Below are positions 1 to 12,507 of a stretch of 64,000 nt of DNA, one piece after another. The notes under the pieces are model-generated. The model saw only the letters and a list, made by a program, of their open reading frames with translations, ran no database searches and was not told the origin of the DNA. Each line of letters opens with the position of its first letter. The first letter of the stretch is position 1. Source of the DNA: Tubiluchus corallicola (lineage: Eukaryota > Animalia > Priapulida). The translations under genes and the position numbers were made by a program. Location: NCBI GenBank assembly GCA_030141605.1, contig JAQGDQ010000017.1, positions 1-64,000 of the forward strand. Direction: 5' to 3'.

Positions 1-713
1 GCAACCCATGCACATGCACTGCACGCATTTTTAATCTTATAACTTCCGGTCAACAGACTGTTTAAACCCCATAGCCGACGCATCCTTTGTCAATTTGTCT
101 TGTATTTGCGGTCAGCAGGTGAACAGGGAATAATATTCGTAAATTAAATCCGGTAAAAAGTTGGTTAAAGGTACTTGCAACCTCTGAACGGAATTCAAGG
201 AACGTGGGCATCTAAGTTGAATTATTTTCTTGGTAAATCTGGTCTTATTTACTGATAAGGCAACACTCTGGCGGCAGTTTATTTTGCCTGCGAGAAGTTG
301 AAATTTGCCACCAAAACAAGCTAAATGATTGACTTCAGTCCAGGCAATCCTTTCACAAAAGATTATGCTGCTTAAAGGCGCCCGTTCTGACATTCTAAAT
401 TAATGTCATGTTTGGAAATGAAAATATAATCTTAATCGCCGACAAGTAGTCGGAATAAGATCGCAGGAAACTTAATGAAAATCATAACCGATGCTCATAG
501 GCAGAAGACATCTTTGATTTTATCAGCTTATCATTTTGTCATTTATTTATTTAAACACTTGATGACTAACGCTCATCAAAGCAGTAAATGAATGCAACAG
601 TTTGGACAAAATTTTTACTTAAAACGATTTTTGTATTTCTGTAATTTGAAGAATTAGCAAAAATTGCGAAGGCTAAGAGAGTCACGTATAATAACATGTT
701 GAATTAATTGGAG

Positions 714-970
714 TTTCCAGACGTTTTGTGTGCATACTATATATATATATATATATATATATATCCTCAGTGGGGAAGAAGAGTACATGAAATTTAAATT
801 AAGAAATTGCAAAATTATCTGTTTCTAGTTGTAAAATTCACAAGTCATGAAAGCAATGAAATTTTACAACTTGGGACAGATTGTTTTTAATTCTTAAAAT
901 TTTCAATTTTAATTGTAAGTATTCTTCTCCTCAAAGGATGCGCATAGTATGTACATGAAACGTCTGGAAA
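714..970. mobile_element. Foldback inverted repeat, probable Penelope-like element remnant with degenerate hammerhead core
   Basis: TTTCCAGACG (714-723) pairs with CGTCTGGAAA (961-970), and imperfect pairing continues inward. The left arm read on the minus strand gives CTGAGGA...AAACGTC, interrupted by a (TA)n tract at ~738-764. Confidence 0.55.
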
Positions 971-3726
971 GTGAATGTATGTGTTTTTATGTTTGGCTGT
1001 TTTGACTTTGCAATTTGTGATCCTACTGAGGTTCATCAAGAGTGATTAGATTTATAGAATTATCAATGCTAATTTCTATATTCTCATCAGTTTTGGTTTT
1101 TTATTCATTTGCACTATGTAATTAGTAGACTTGGTGGTTTGTGCGTTTATAGTAATTTATTTGAAATTTTTATGTGTTATACGGTAATTTTATGCCGAAA
1201 TAGAACAAAAAAATTTAATAAAGTAGACGTCTTTGATTTTGACAATAATTCATAAGACACCATGCGTGTAATCATGATATTTTGAACCTTAATTACATAA
1301 GAATTGAAATAATAATGTTTTAATTATAATTTTCCCAGGTTTATAATTATAATTATAGTTATAATTATAATTATAAACTAATATAAATAAATTAGTTTAT
1401 TTACTTAGGTTATTGTAAGATTTCCTAAAAAAAGAAAATATTCTACATGCTGAAGAATTACTTTAGTAATTCACTTCAAAAACTTCAGTGAAGTTAAATG
1501 CGTGGACTCAAACTGATCATACTAAACTTTTTGAAGACAATTTCTGGTCCCTTTTTAGAGCTGTTAAAGATGAGCAAGCAAAGAAGGTGCATTTTCACGC
1601 AACAAAGGTCTCTCTTTAAAAACACGATACCTCGGAACCCTCTGGCTTTTGCACTTGTAATCAGCCTTTTTTCCGGGTATCTAAAAACCAGACACGGTCT
1701 GCCGTTTTCTGCTATGCAGTGCAGTCTTTCCTAAATACCCAGTCTTCAACCTCATGAATTTTAATAACCTTAAGAAAACTGAACTAGAAATCCAAATACT
1801 CATATATGGTGCATAGAAGAATAGTCAGGTTTAAAAACTTCAACGGGCATATGAGTTTGACTCGCCTAGCTCCATAGGGCTTCAGCTTTTTTCTGTTTTC
1901 ATAGTAACTGATATGGTATGATGTCGTTTATTAATCGTTTAATTTTCTAATCCCCTCTAGTTTGGTAAAGTTCACTTTCACTTTTCAGTGAAGTAAAATT
2001 AAAAGTAATAATATGAAGAATGGCACATATGTAAAATCGTTTTTGAAGCACCACAGTTTTCTGGTCGTTTTAACGGCCATACAATCAGTAGCGCTTTGCT
2101 ACAGAGTATCTTCTTTCAAACACACATAAAGGCATCAGAAACAACAGTGATCATTTATTTTCACAACAACTAAAATGCTGATTAGCCGCACTTTACTGTT
2201 GAAAACAATAACTTTGCCAAAGCATATCGAGTGAGTGCGAACCAAATAAAACACGAGTCCGATCTGCTTATAGAGAAAATAAAGTAAGTCTGAGTTGTGG
2301 CAGAGATAACATCGTGTAGCCCTCGTATGCGGCTTCTTCGCTTTCCAAACATTGCCTGTTTTTATGCCAAATAGGCAAAGTAGTTTGTGTTGTTGAACAA
2401 GGAGCAAACACCAACAAACAAACAGAATTGTGATAACACTGATAGGGAGCAAGTGATGTCTGATATGCAGTGCTGTTTCCAGACGAGCCGTAAGACACAT
2501 CTAAATAAGCAAACCAGAAGAGAGATATGCTTCGATGGGAATTAATTGGAGTAACTGGTAGTCAGGATCAAGTGATAGGCAGGTCTGAGCGACTAGGCTA
2601 AAACTGTAGGGTGGTAAATTACCGACAGAGGGGTTCAGATCTCTTTTAAAACCTAAGAATCCCCTGACCAAAAAACGATTTTACACAAGCGCCCATCTTC
2701 ATCTTATTACTGCTTATTCTTCTTCATTCTACTTCATTAAAAACGTGAAAATGAACATAACCAAACTAGACGGGATTAGAAAATTGAACAATTAATAGCA
2801 ACCTCATACGCCAGTTGAAGTCTTTAAACCTGTCTATTCTTCTATGTGCCATATATGCGGCATTTTGATTTATAAATCGGTTTATTTCAAGTTATTAAAA
2901 AACATTATAATTGCATAAGATTAACGTACAGTTACATAAAGTACGGGTTGCTGAACTTAAATTAACACTTACTTGTTCAAAAAAGAGTGTAATATAAGTT
3001 TATTTAATATGGACATCCTTGAGGTTGGACGCACAGAATCTTAATATTTGTAGGCTTGGTATTACGCTGATCTTTGAGATGTTGTGTAACAGGCATTGTG
3101 TTAAAAAATTGGTAAAAATAACATTCATTTTTTCAACCACGTGAAGCCATAAAGCTCTCTGCATGGAAACCCACAGGTCATGCTCGGTTGATTACGCCTG
3201 CAAATGTTGCTTAGAAACCATGAGGCCACAACTTTTGGAACAGAAAGAAACCATAGTTAACCTCGTCTCTGTGCGTATGCTTGTGTTGTCAAGTTTTCTA
3301 TTTTTGTCTCCGTAACCAAAACCACAGCACCGCTCGTATCTTTGTTTTCTTAGATCACAAATTCAACTTATATATGCAAGCTGTATTGCGCAAACTGTTT
3401 ATTTTCGCTGGCATGGTGTTCGACTTGCAAACGAGTATAAATAAATACGTCATTTTTGCAAAATGAACTAAAGAGTTACGCAAAAACCAAGTTTACGTCT
3501 GAACCTGCTCGGATATCATAACATGTTTATCACCTGAGGCAGAAGGAAAATAAATAAGCGACTCACACTTACGAGGGAAAGGCCTCCTTAATAGATTTAG
3601 TACCCAGGAAATAAACAGTCAAAGTCGAGATGTCGTGGAATAGTGTCTTAACTATTAACAACTAAATCCATATTTTTCGGAAGCTGTTTTATTTTAAAGA
3701 GGACAACAGTAATGTGAATGTGTGAA

Positions 3727-3757
3727 GATGATGATGACGATGATGATGATGATGACA
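3727..3757. repeat. (GAT)n microsatellite
   Basis: Imperfect GAT/GAC trinucleotide run. Confidence 0.85.
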
Positions 3758-6700
3758 ACGATTGTAATAATGATAACTACAACAAAACCTATAAAGCAGA
3801 GTCTTTAATTGCCCAATTTTAGTTCAGTAATTTTGCTCTAGAGTATCATTCTGGTGCAGTTGAAAGAATCATATGAGTGTGTTTATCACTTAGGGCATAA
3901 GGAAAATAAATAAGCCACAAACATTTACACGAAAGAAGAAACTCTTTAAAAAGAAATAAATAGCAAAGATGATATCATAACAAGTGATAAAGTTATCTGA
4001 TCAGTCCGACAGGCTACACAGAGAAAAACACGAATGGAAGTTCAGTAGAAAAAATAAAGCCCATAATATAAAGGTCCTAGTGAGAACAATTTGTAACTTC
4101 TAATGCTCATTTCCGTTGCAGTTATTTTCATATCATGGGACATCAGAAAAAGTTCCAGCGTTATAAGGCTTGTGCATTAATGCACATTGAATACGCGACT
4201 AAGGACCTACATTTCGCTGATGCATCAGATTAGCTTTTCACTAAACAACCTATCTATCAGCAAGTGATACGTGTCAGTCAAAGATCGAATCGTTTTACGA
4301 TTATCGTCAGTTCAGCACGTTCAGCCAGCTCGAACCACACAGGACGATAGTTTCCCATGGGTGGCTAAATTACTTTCGCAAGAGACAAAATCGTTGGCAG
4401 AAAGAAGTATATTGTTACCGGGACAATATGAGCAAACGAAGAGCTGTTCGGACATTATGAGCTGCATTCAGAGTGCCTCTGCCTGCTTGCAAATATTGGG
4501 TCTTCTACTGTTTATCTAGGCAACTCATCTTTTCACCTCTGCGCCAGGCCACCGTGATCTCGCTGCTAAATTGACAAACCAGGACCATGACTCACTAAAA
4601 GGGTTTTGTGTTGGGGAGTGCATGCAGCCACAGAAAGGGTATTCTGATCCGAGTAAAGATGCCGGATCAGTACGGCGGATTGCCGAGAAAAAGGCCACGG
4701 AGCACGTTCAGTACACAAGCCGAGCCCACGGTATAGAAGCATTCCCAGAAATTAGCTGCTTCTATTGAGAAGGGCCATCAATGTCTTAAAAGTGGCTTTG
4801 TAAAACGCGACTGAAGATGGAAATCAGTACGTTTGGAGTTAAATCAATGTAACTATCTAGTCAGACGTCATAAAAAGTTTTTTTCTAACACAAAACTCTG
4901 CAAAAATAAGCCTACAGACTATAAAAAAATAAACCATCAACACTTTGAAGGCATCCAAGTAGGTTTAGAAGTTAAAGTTACGTTTCAGGTGCCTATTTGA
5001 AGTTTTTAAAGTTTTATGTGCGTATGTATTTATACTCGCAAAATGCCCCAAAAAACTCTTTAAATGGCGTACAGATACGATTTTTTCACGTTAATCCATA
5101 ATTAAAAAAGCTGCATACTTTTGTGATGTTGCCCATGGTATACCTTGGATAAACTGGACGGATGTATGACAAGATGACCGATTTTTATTACTTCTTATTA
5201 AACGACCGCCTGAAGATCTAGATCTAAGTGTGTTGCATTTTTAAATTGTTTGAGGTTTTGATGTGTTAGTTGAGTATTTCTTTCATAGTGGCGTCGTTTC
5301 AGGTTGCTTAGTGGTATTTTTAACCGAATGCCGCATGACTTGCCTAGGTAGATGTGGCGATGAAAAAGAATACTGTTTAAGAAAAAGTTCTGATTATTAC
5401 TACGAATTTTCCTCATCAGTCTATGTATAATTACACTAATTAATGGCCTTAAGGCTTTTATCATATTCGACTATTTCGATGATTTCGCTAGCTGATGATA
5501 TTTTCGTGACATCTTTGTTGACCTTTAAAATCAATTATTACAATTTCTTAATTTACAAAGTATAAACACATTTCTACTGATCGGAAACTCATTTAGCTTC
5601 TACGACTGAAAATGTGGGCTACAGAAATACTTTAAGATACAAAATAAAGTACAAAGTTAAGATACGAAAAGACACAAAGTTTCCGTTACAGAAACCATAT
5701 GTGAACTCTAAAATGCCGAACATTTAAAAAAAAGAAATACAAGATTATCGGTACAAAATAAAAAATGTTAAACTACAAGATATGGTGTCGCGTTCCAGGA
5801 CATTAGTATATTTTGTTCTTGTGTGCATGTCATTAACCATATGCAGAAGCAATGCATCATTATCTCTTACTCAGCTTTATGTATCCTATGTGTTTGCTTG
5901 TCATACAGGTGCTGAGCTTACAATAACACAAACCTTGCATTAAATATGCAGAACAAACTCTGCATGTTGTTAGCATACGGATTGTGTTTCGTACAATTAG
6001 TGAACATGGAAAAAATTGTGTCAATATTCGCCCAGGTAAGAAAGATAGTTGCGTCATAGATGGCCTTAGTTATATGATACGTGAAACTAAAACGTAGAGG
6101 GGAGAAAAGGCTGACGTCATCTGTGAAGCATTTTGAAAGCGTAGACCCAAAATTTGTTTATGCAAATTGACTGATTACCTTAGTTGAGTCTAACGTTAAT
6201 GTAAGCTCTGAAAAAGCTCAGTCAATGTTGTTCTCGGTTTTTATTTGCTAGCACTTTAAATGTTGCGTTAATTCTTCGGTTAGTTTATTTATTTATCGCC
6301 TCATCTTCATTCGCTTATTAATCGCTTAAATATTTCTTCTAATTTTGTGACTTTTCCTTTAACTGTTTCATTTATTAATTCATAAATTCATCCGATTTTA
6401 TCACGCAGTCGCCATTTTGAAACCAGAAATGGCCAAGCCACACAGTTTGACCACCTTATCTTATCATCACTTAGACCAAAATTAAAAATGTGCTCTTTGT
6501 AATAAGATATATTTTTTATTTTCACATTAATAAATAGTTAAATACAAGAAACATTTCTCTTAATCAAAGTAAAAGACAAAGTTCTTGCTAAATGTTAAAG
6601 TATCATTGTGTTTTCTTGATAATGAAAATTCATCAATTGTTTGTGGTAAGCAAATACACAAATACATCAACTTTTTCTTGGTAAAAATAAATTATTGACA

Positions 6701-9539
6701 CACACACTTTGTTAATAAAAGACTAGAAAATCATTTTTTCAGCTATTAATTTTTACATTTTTTACTGATTTTATATTACAATACGCAGCCTATACAATAT
6801 TCTGTGTATAGGTAGCCTATATGTGAAACTTGGTGCCCGTTTTTGCACTACAGTTATGATACTTTAGTAGCTGTATTTTTGTCAATTATGGTGCGCAATG
6901 ATGTGATAAGTTCTATCAACTTAGTTCTCTATTGAAACTTTAAATCGATGTTGCACAGACAATTGAGGCAAATAAAAAGCTGATCATCTAAAATACCAAA
7001 AACGAGTAAAAATAACAAAACATACGCTGCCTATTTTCACTTGTAAAAGCTTTAGTAAAATTCACTTGTCATTATTAATATATATATACATAATATATAG
7101 GTTGGCAAGAATATTTCCGAACTTTTCATGAAAATGATTCATCTAAATATAATGCACAGGCCCATATACTGTATCCTATTATACGTATTCCAATTTACTG
7201 TTAACGGTGTCAGGATTCAGTCGTTATATTGCACTAGTTTGATAGTATAAGATTCCAATAGAAGACCATTTTTCAGCAGAGACTTCAAAACATCTTTTCA
7301 AGGAAGTAATTCAGTATAATTTCAACTTACGAAAACACTATCATTGCTATATAAAAGACATTTTGAACTATTTAAACCTAACACGACTTTAAAGATGATA
7401 AATTAATTTAAATTACGAAATGAAAAACTTTGGCTAGGCGTCACCTTAGCATGAAAGGTGCGTCTCAACGCTGCAACAAGGTTCATCGAGCCAGAGTTGC
7501 AAAACACAAGCTCGAATGCTTGAGTCATGCGGCTGAGTCAAGTTATGAAACACAAGCCCAAATGCTTGAGACAGGCGGCAAATTTTGCAGTAAAGTCCCG
7601 CTGTTCAGCCCCGCCCTCTGGTAGAACTAATTAGCTAAATTTACAAAACTCTTTTTAAACTTTAGCAGTAAAATTAATTAGTAAGGCTAGCAGCAGTGTG
7701 GAATAATATTTTCTTAGGCAAGGCAGCATATGGAAAATGCAGAAAATTGGTCGGAAACCGGGTATTATAATGAACACGCCATTTTATATATTTTCCGACT
7801 CCGAATTAGTAACTTTGCTGGGCTAAACATACCCAGCTTTCGCAACGAAGCCTTTAAAATTTTGTTCCTAAAACTCACTGAAATGATAAGATTTATATAT
7901 TTTACTATAACCCCAAAACAAATAGGGTCTAATTTAATATAAAACCAAAATAAATATAACAGCTTTAAGCTTGTGATTTTAAAATGTGCACAAAATAAAC
8001 ATGCTTAGTTGCTTACCGTTCTCACCTTAGATTACGATCATTTATTTTGCCGGTATATTTTAATAACTAGAATCTGGGTTTATTTTACTTATCCCACTTC
8101 GTGGTATGATTCATTAAAATTTTTATTAGCCGCTGGTGTGATACTCTCATAACCTTATGCTGAGTAGCTGAAAGCGTTGGAATACTTTATAACAAATAAC
8201 TTAACAAAAATTCAGTCCTTTAATTTATTAGTGTAAAAATAATAATGCAAATTAACTATTGCAATTCTAAACTAGTATAAGCTCTAATAATTAATTCTTA
8301 ACGTAGCAATAAATTAAAATTCCGAATCCTTAAATTCCAGAATTAAAAAATAATGAAAAAAAAGAAAAACAGAACGCTTCAAACAATTGCAGCAGTGTAT
8401 CTTCAGGTGAAAGAAAAGGGACAAAAAAGAGTCACATCGAATAACTAATACTTTTTTGGAGAATTTTTATTTATATTATTATATAAATTAAGACAATACT
8501 AAAAAGGTATGAGCACGTAAAAAAGCACCGAAGCATCAAACATGGCAAATAAAAACACGGATGAGAAACATATATGTACAAAACCACTGGCCACAGTCAC
8601 AGAACAGAGTAAGACACAACAGACTATAATAAATGTCGCGGTTTTTCTTCTTTTTTTCCTTGTTTTTTAATTACGCGATTTTTAATTCGTTTAATTCGAT
8701 TTAAGTATTTCTCAGCCATTCCAGTCGTCCTGCTCTTAACCAAAACTACAAGCTTTACCACCATGTGCATTAAATTACTTGTAAAGAAGCGAGAATGCGG
8801 CGAGCCTCAATCCAGAACTGCCTTTGATCTGGCCGTAAAACAAGTGTAGCTCATTAAGAAAACGCGCAGTTTTTCCTTCTCATTTAATTAATTGCGATAT
8901 TGTGACTACGCGCCCAGACCAGTTTAAGAAAAATTTTCGACCAACACTCCCGAAATACCTACATCATCGACGACGGGGGGGGGGGGGTCGTGCGGGGCTG
9001 ACGCTCATAAATTGAAACGACTATTATTATGTTGAAAAAGCTAATGAGGCAGTAACTATGATATCTTATATTGTTAACATTAAAATCCAGGACCACTTTT
9101 CGAGGTTGAACAGTGATTAGGATAAATTCCAATAAGTGTCTGGCATTTTATTTATTCACTGCGCAGTATTTGTGTAATAGTAAAACGTACATACAGTTAA
9201 AAATTACACAAAAATAAAAAAAGTGCTCTTTGAAATTTTGATTTTAACCCCTTTTCGAAGTTCAGATTTTACTGAACTTTTAGCGTATTTTCAAACATGC
9301 CTAGAGGTGCACAAATTACTTTCAAAGTCACTTTGTGGTTCAATCATAACCATATTTATCTACACAACAGCAGTTTTTGAATATGCAGTTCAGCATTTTA
9401 GAAACCAGAATTCAATACTTATCAGTGCGGTCACCCATTTAAGTCTGGCGTTGCTTCCCTGCTAAGCAAACACCGTGATCACTCAGTTCTCTAATATCAC
9501 TTGTCATCCTCTGTCATCCTCAATAACTAAATATATATT

Positions 9540-10075
9540 ATATATATATATATATTAATTCTTTATTTGTCATAAAAACGGTTCCCTCATTATAATAAAA
9601 TTGAGTTAGCCTCAGCGTAATGTTAAAATAACAACACTGTTCAAGACAAATGCGTCCAGTGCATACTAAAAAAACTAAAGTGCAAACTATATACAATATA
9701 ATGAACATATTTACAAATACCATATTAAAATATTTTCACAGACAATTATAGGAAAGTACATTAAATTTTACATTACATAGTGCACACTATTTATACATTT
9801 AACATTACGAAACACGAAACTAACATAACACGTATTACATTACATAATTTTTTTAAAAAAATTTCATTTTTAATCATTATATGGAGTCAGGGGCGGGGGT
9901 ATATGAAAGTGGAGTCCGTGTAATTAGTATCAGATGCACAATGTGGAAGTTGAAACCTGTTATATTGATATTCTTTTAATTTCTTTTTAAAGTGGTGGAG
10001 AGATTCTATTTGTTTTATTTCACTGGGTAGTAAGTTCCATATTCTCGATAGCATTTATGGCCCTTCTGAATCGTT
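9540..10075 (-). mobile_element. 3' remnant of a CR1/L2-group non-LTR retrotransposon
   Basis: Minus-strand translation near 9960-10050 gives RIWNLLPSEIKQIESLHHFKKKLK, the WNxLP...FKxxLK motif at the end of L2/CR1 ORF2. It is followed by an AT-rich 3' region ending in AATAAA-like and (TA)n sequence near 9540-9565. Confidence 0.6.
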
Positions 10076-11082
10076 ATGCTGCTACCCTATTGTATAATCC
10101 TAAAAAAGCGACTCTACCCTGAAGTCCTAGGTATTCTAATTTATTTAGTAAAATATTCTATTTAAAAATGTAAGCTGATTCAACAGCTTATCCTTTCTTT
10201 CCTCGCACATGTAATTAGATTAACCATTTATTTAGATTCACATATTATACCGTATTGTATGTTGCGTACACAGAATTTTATAACATATTTTTATACCAGC
10301 TTTTATGTTAGAGTGGTTAGCTTACTCTGCGCAGCTCAGGTGTCTCATACTGACATGGTTGATAAACATATCTTACGACATCAAACAGCGTTCTGAAAGC
10401 GAACACCGGACACGGGCTGACCAATGGGACTGTTTTCTTGACCCCTCTTAGCATACGAGATGATCAGCTGTTCGCCCTCACAGTGCGGAGCACAGGAAGT
10501 GTAAGAAAAACATGTAAACTACTAACAGAACATCATAATAATTATAGGGTTGGAGTTCAGCAATAAACTTTTTCAAGCTCAATTCTTCGACGCAACTTAA
10601 AATTTGTGAGAGAGATTACAGGAACTATAGGAACAATTGCTACGGGCGTTTTAGCAAGCAATTTTCATGCAGTGTTCGACGCCTATATCAAGACACGATT
10701 CTTTCAAGCTCAGTTTGTATGCAGTGTCAAAAAATGAACAAGATAACAGGAGTTCTCTAAAATAAATGAATTTCTTCAAGCCCTTCTGTAACTAATTTTC
10801 ATAAGCTGAACATATGCGTGTTGTAATCTCTTGATGCGCAGTTTTTCTCAACATTCGTCAACAGCTCAGTTCTTTAAACGGCAAAATTCGCTTTTCATGA
10901 TCCAGCCTCCAATCGCTGAACCTTGGCTAAATGGATACATTGGTTAAACATTGCAATAGGGAAAATATAATTGCTCATTTTATATAATAATTATGAGGCA
11001 TCTAACTAACTATAGAAACTTCGCAATTTTGATTTTTTTTTCGTTTTTTTATTGCAACGTCACTGGTCTTATTATTCTGTAC

Positions 11083-11135
11083 TGTGTGTATGTGTGTGTG
11101 TGTGTGAGTACGTGCGTGCGTGCGTGCGTGCGTGT
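11083..11135. repeat. (TG)n/(CGTG)n compound microsatellite
   Basis: Directly visible in the sequence. Confidence 0.85.
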
Positions 11136-12507
11136 ACGGCAATAAACTTATTAAACAATCACATGAGCATTGCCATTAAACATAATGATCAAGTTTGCCA
11201 CATTCGATAACAATTTTTTGCATTATTATTATTATTATTATTATTTGTGTTTGTATTTTCATAAACAACTGGAACTAATTATTCTATTTGCTGAGTACAT
11301 ATGTCGGCCCATAATCACATGCACATATATGTGCTTTTGACAACATTTGAAACACACATATCATTGCAGATTCATTTATTTAGGCCTACAGATATCATTT
11401 ATCATGTCAAAACAATATTAAATTGTAAATAACTAAGACTGGCTCTAGCGAAAGAAAGCATTGTCAGCTATATAACAAAATTTACGTTAATAAAACTAAC
11501 AAAAACAAGTCATTTCAATATAATATAATTATTATGCTTAGTTTAGCTCTCACATCCCTGGACACTGGCTAACAGAGTAAGGAAAATGCCCAGAAATTAG
11601 GCCTACTTAGGGCGCCAGAATCTAGCAAATTATTCAGGATAATCCTTTAAGGTCAGACCGTCAGACACTAAAATGGCATAAGGGTTTTAGTCATGCCATG
11701 ATTGTCATATATCCTCCGTGAAAGGTTACACATAAATGAAAATTCATTACTATTTGCATTCATTATGTTTAAATTACACTGCAAAAACAAAGGAAATCAA
11801 GCCTAACTGTCGTTAAACAAATTTTATAATCAATGCTTTATAGCCAAAGTTTAGAAAAATTATTGAATGATCAAATCACAACAGGAATTCTCCAGCATTG
11901 AGTTTCTGAAGCATCCAGGCTCAGTGTGTAAACTACTACAAAACTGATCGCCGGGCGCCACCTTCTGTCAAAAAAGCTAAAATACGAGACCATATATATA
12001 TCTCTGTTATTTTGCATTACTTAAGGCTTCACTAGCTTCAATATCTTCACACTACCACGTTTTCAATGCAAGTCAATAAACTGCAAATACATACTAAAGG
12101 ATCGTGCAAAGTCATTGGTTTTAGGGAAAAAAATCCCTCAAAATCTTTTTTGTCAAAAACTCAAAAGGATAATTTTTACTATGTGGGCTTTGCTTAACCT
12201 TGTTTTTGATGACATATTCTTATTAGAATCCTTAACTCATGAGATCCTCATATAGATGGTATCTATATTATCCCTGTTTAACTATTTCTAGAAGCTGGAA
12301 TTCTAGAAAATTACGGAAAGAAAATTCCTTCATTCCTAGTGGTTATCAACTACTTTTGTCACAATTTGTCCAAAAAGAAACTCACATTACCAATTGCTGT
12401 GGTTGTCCTAAGGAAGTGGCCTCTGCATAATCTTCATAAATTACAGCAAATAGCAAATAACTTAGCACTTCTAACATTTGCCAATGTTTGCAAAACATTT
12501 AAACAGA

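Noticed and set aside
2135-2500. 121-aa and 76-aa minus-strand ORFs preceded by an acceptor-like TTTATTTAG
   Set aside because: No recognisable domain in any frame and no partner exons found; at most a UTR or non-coding exon.
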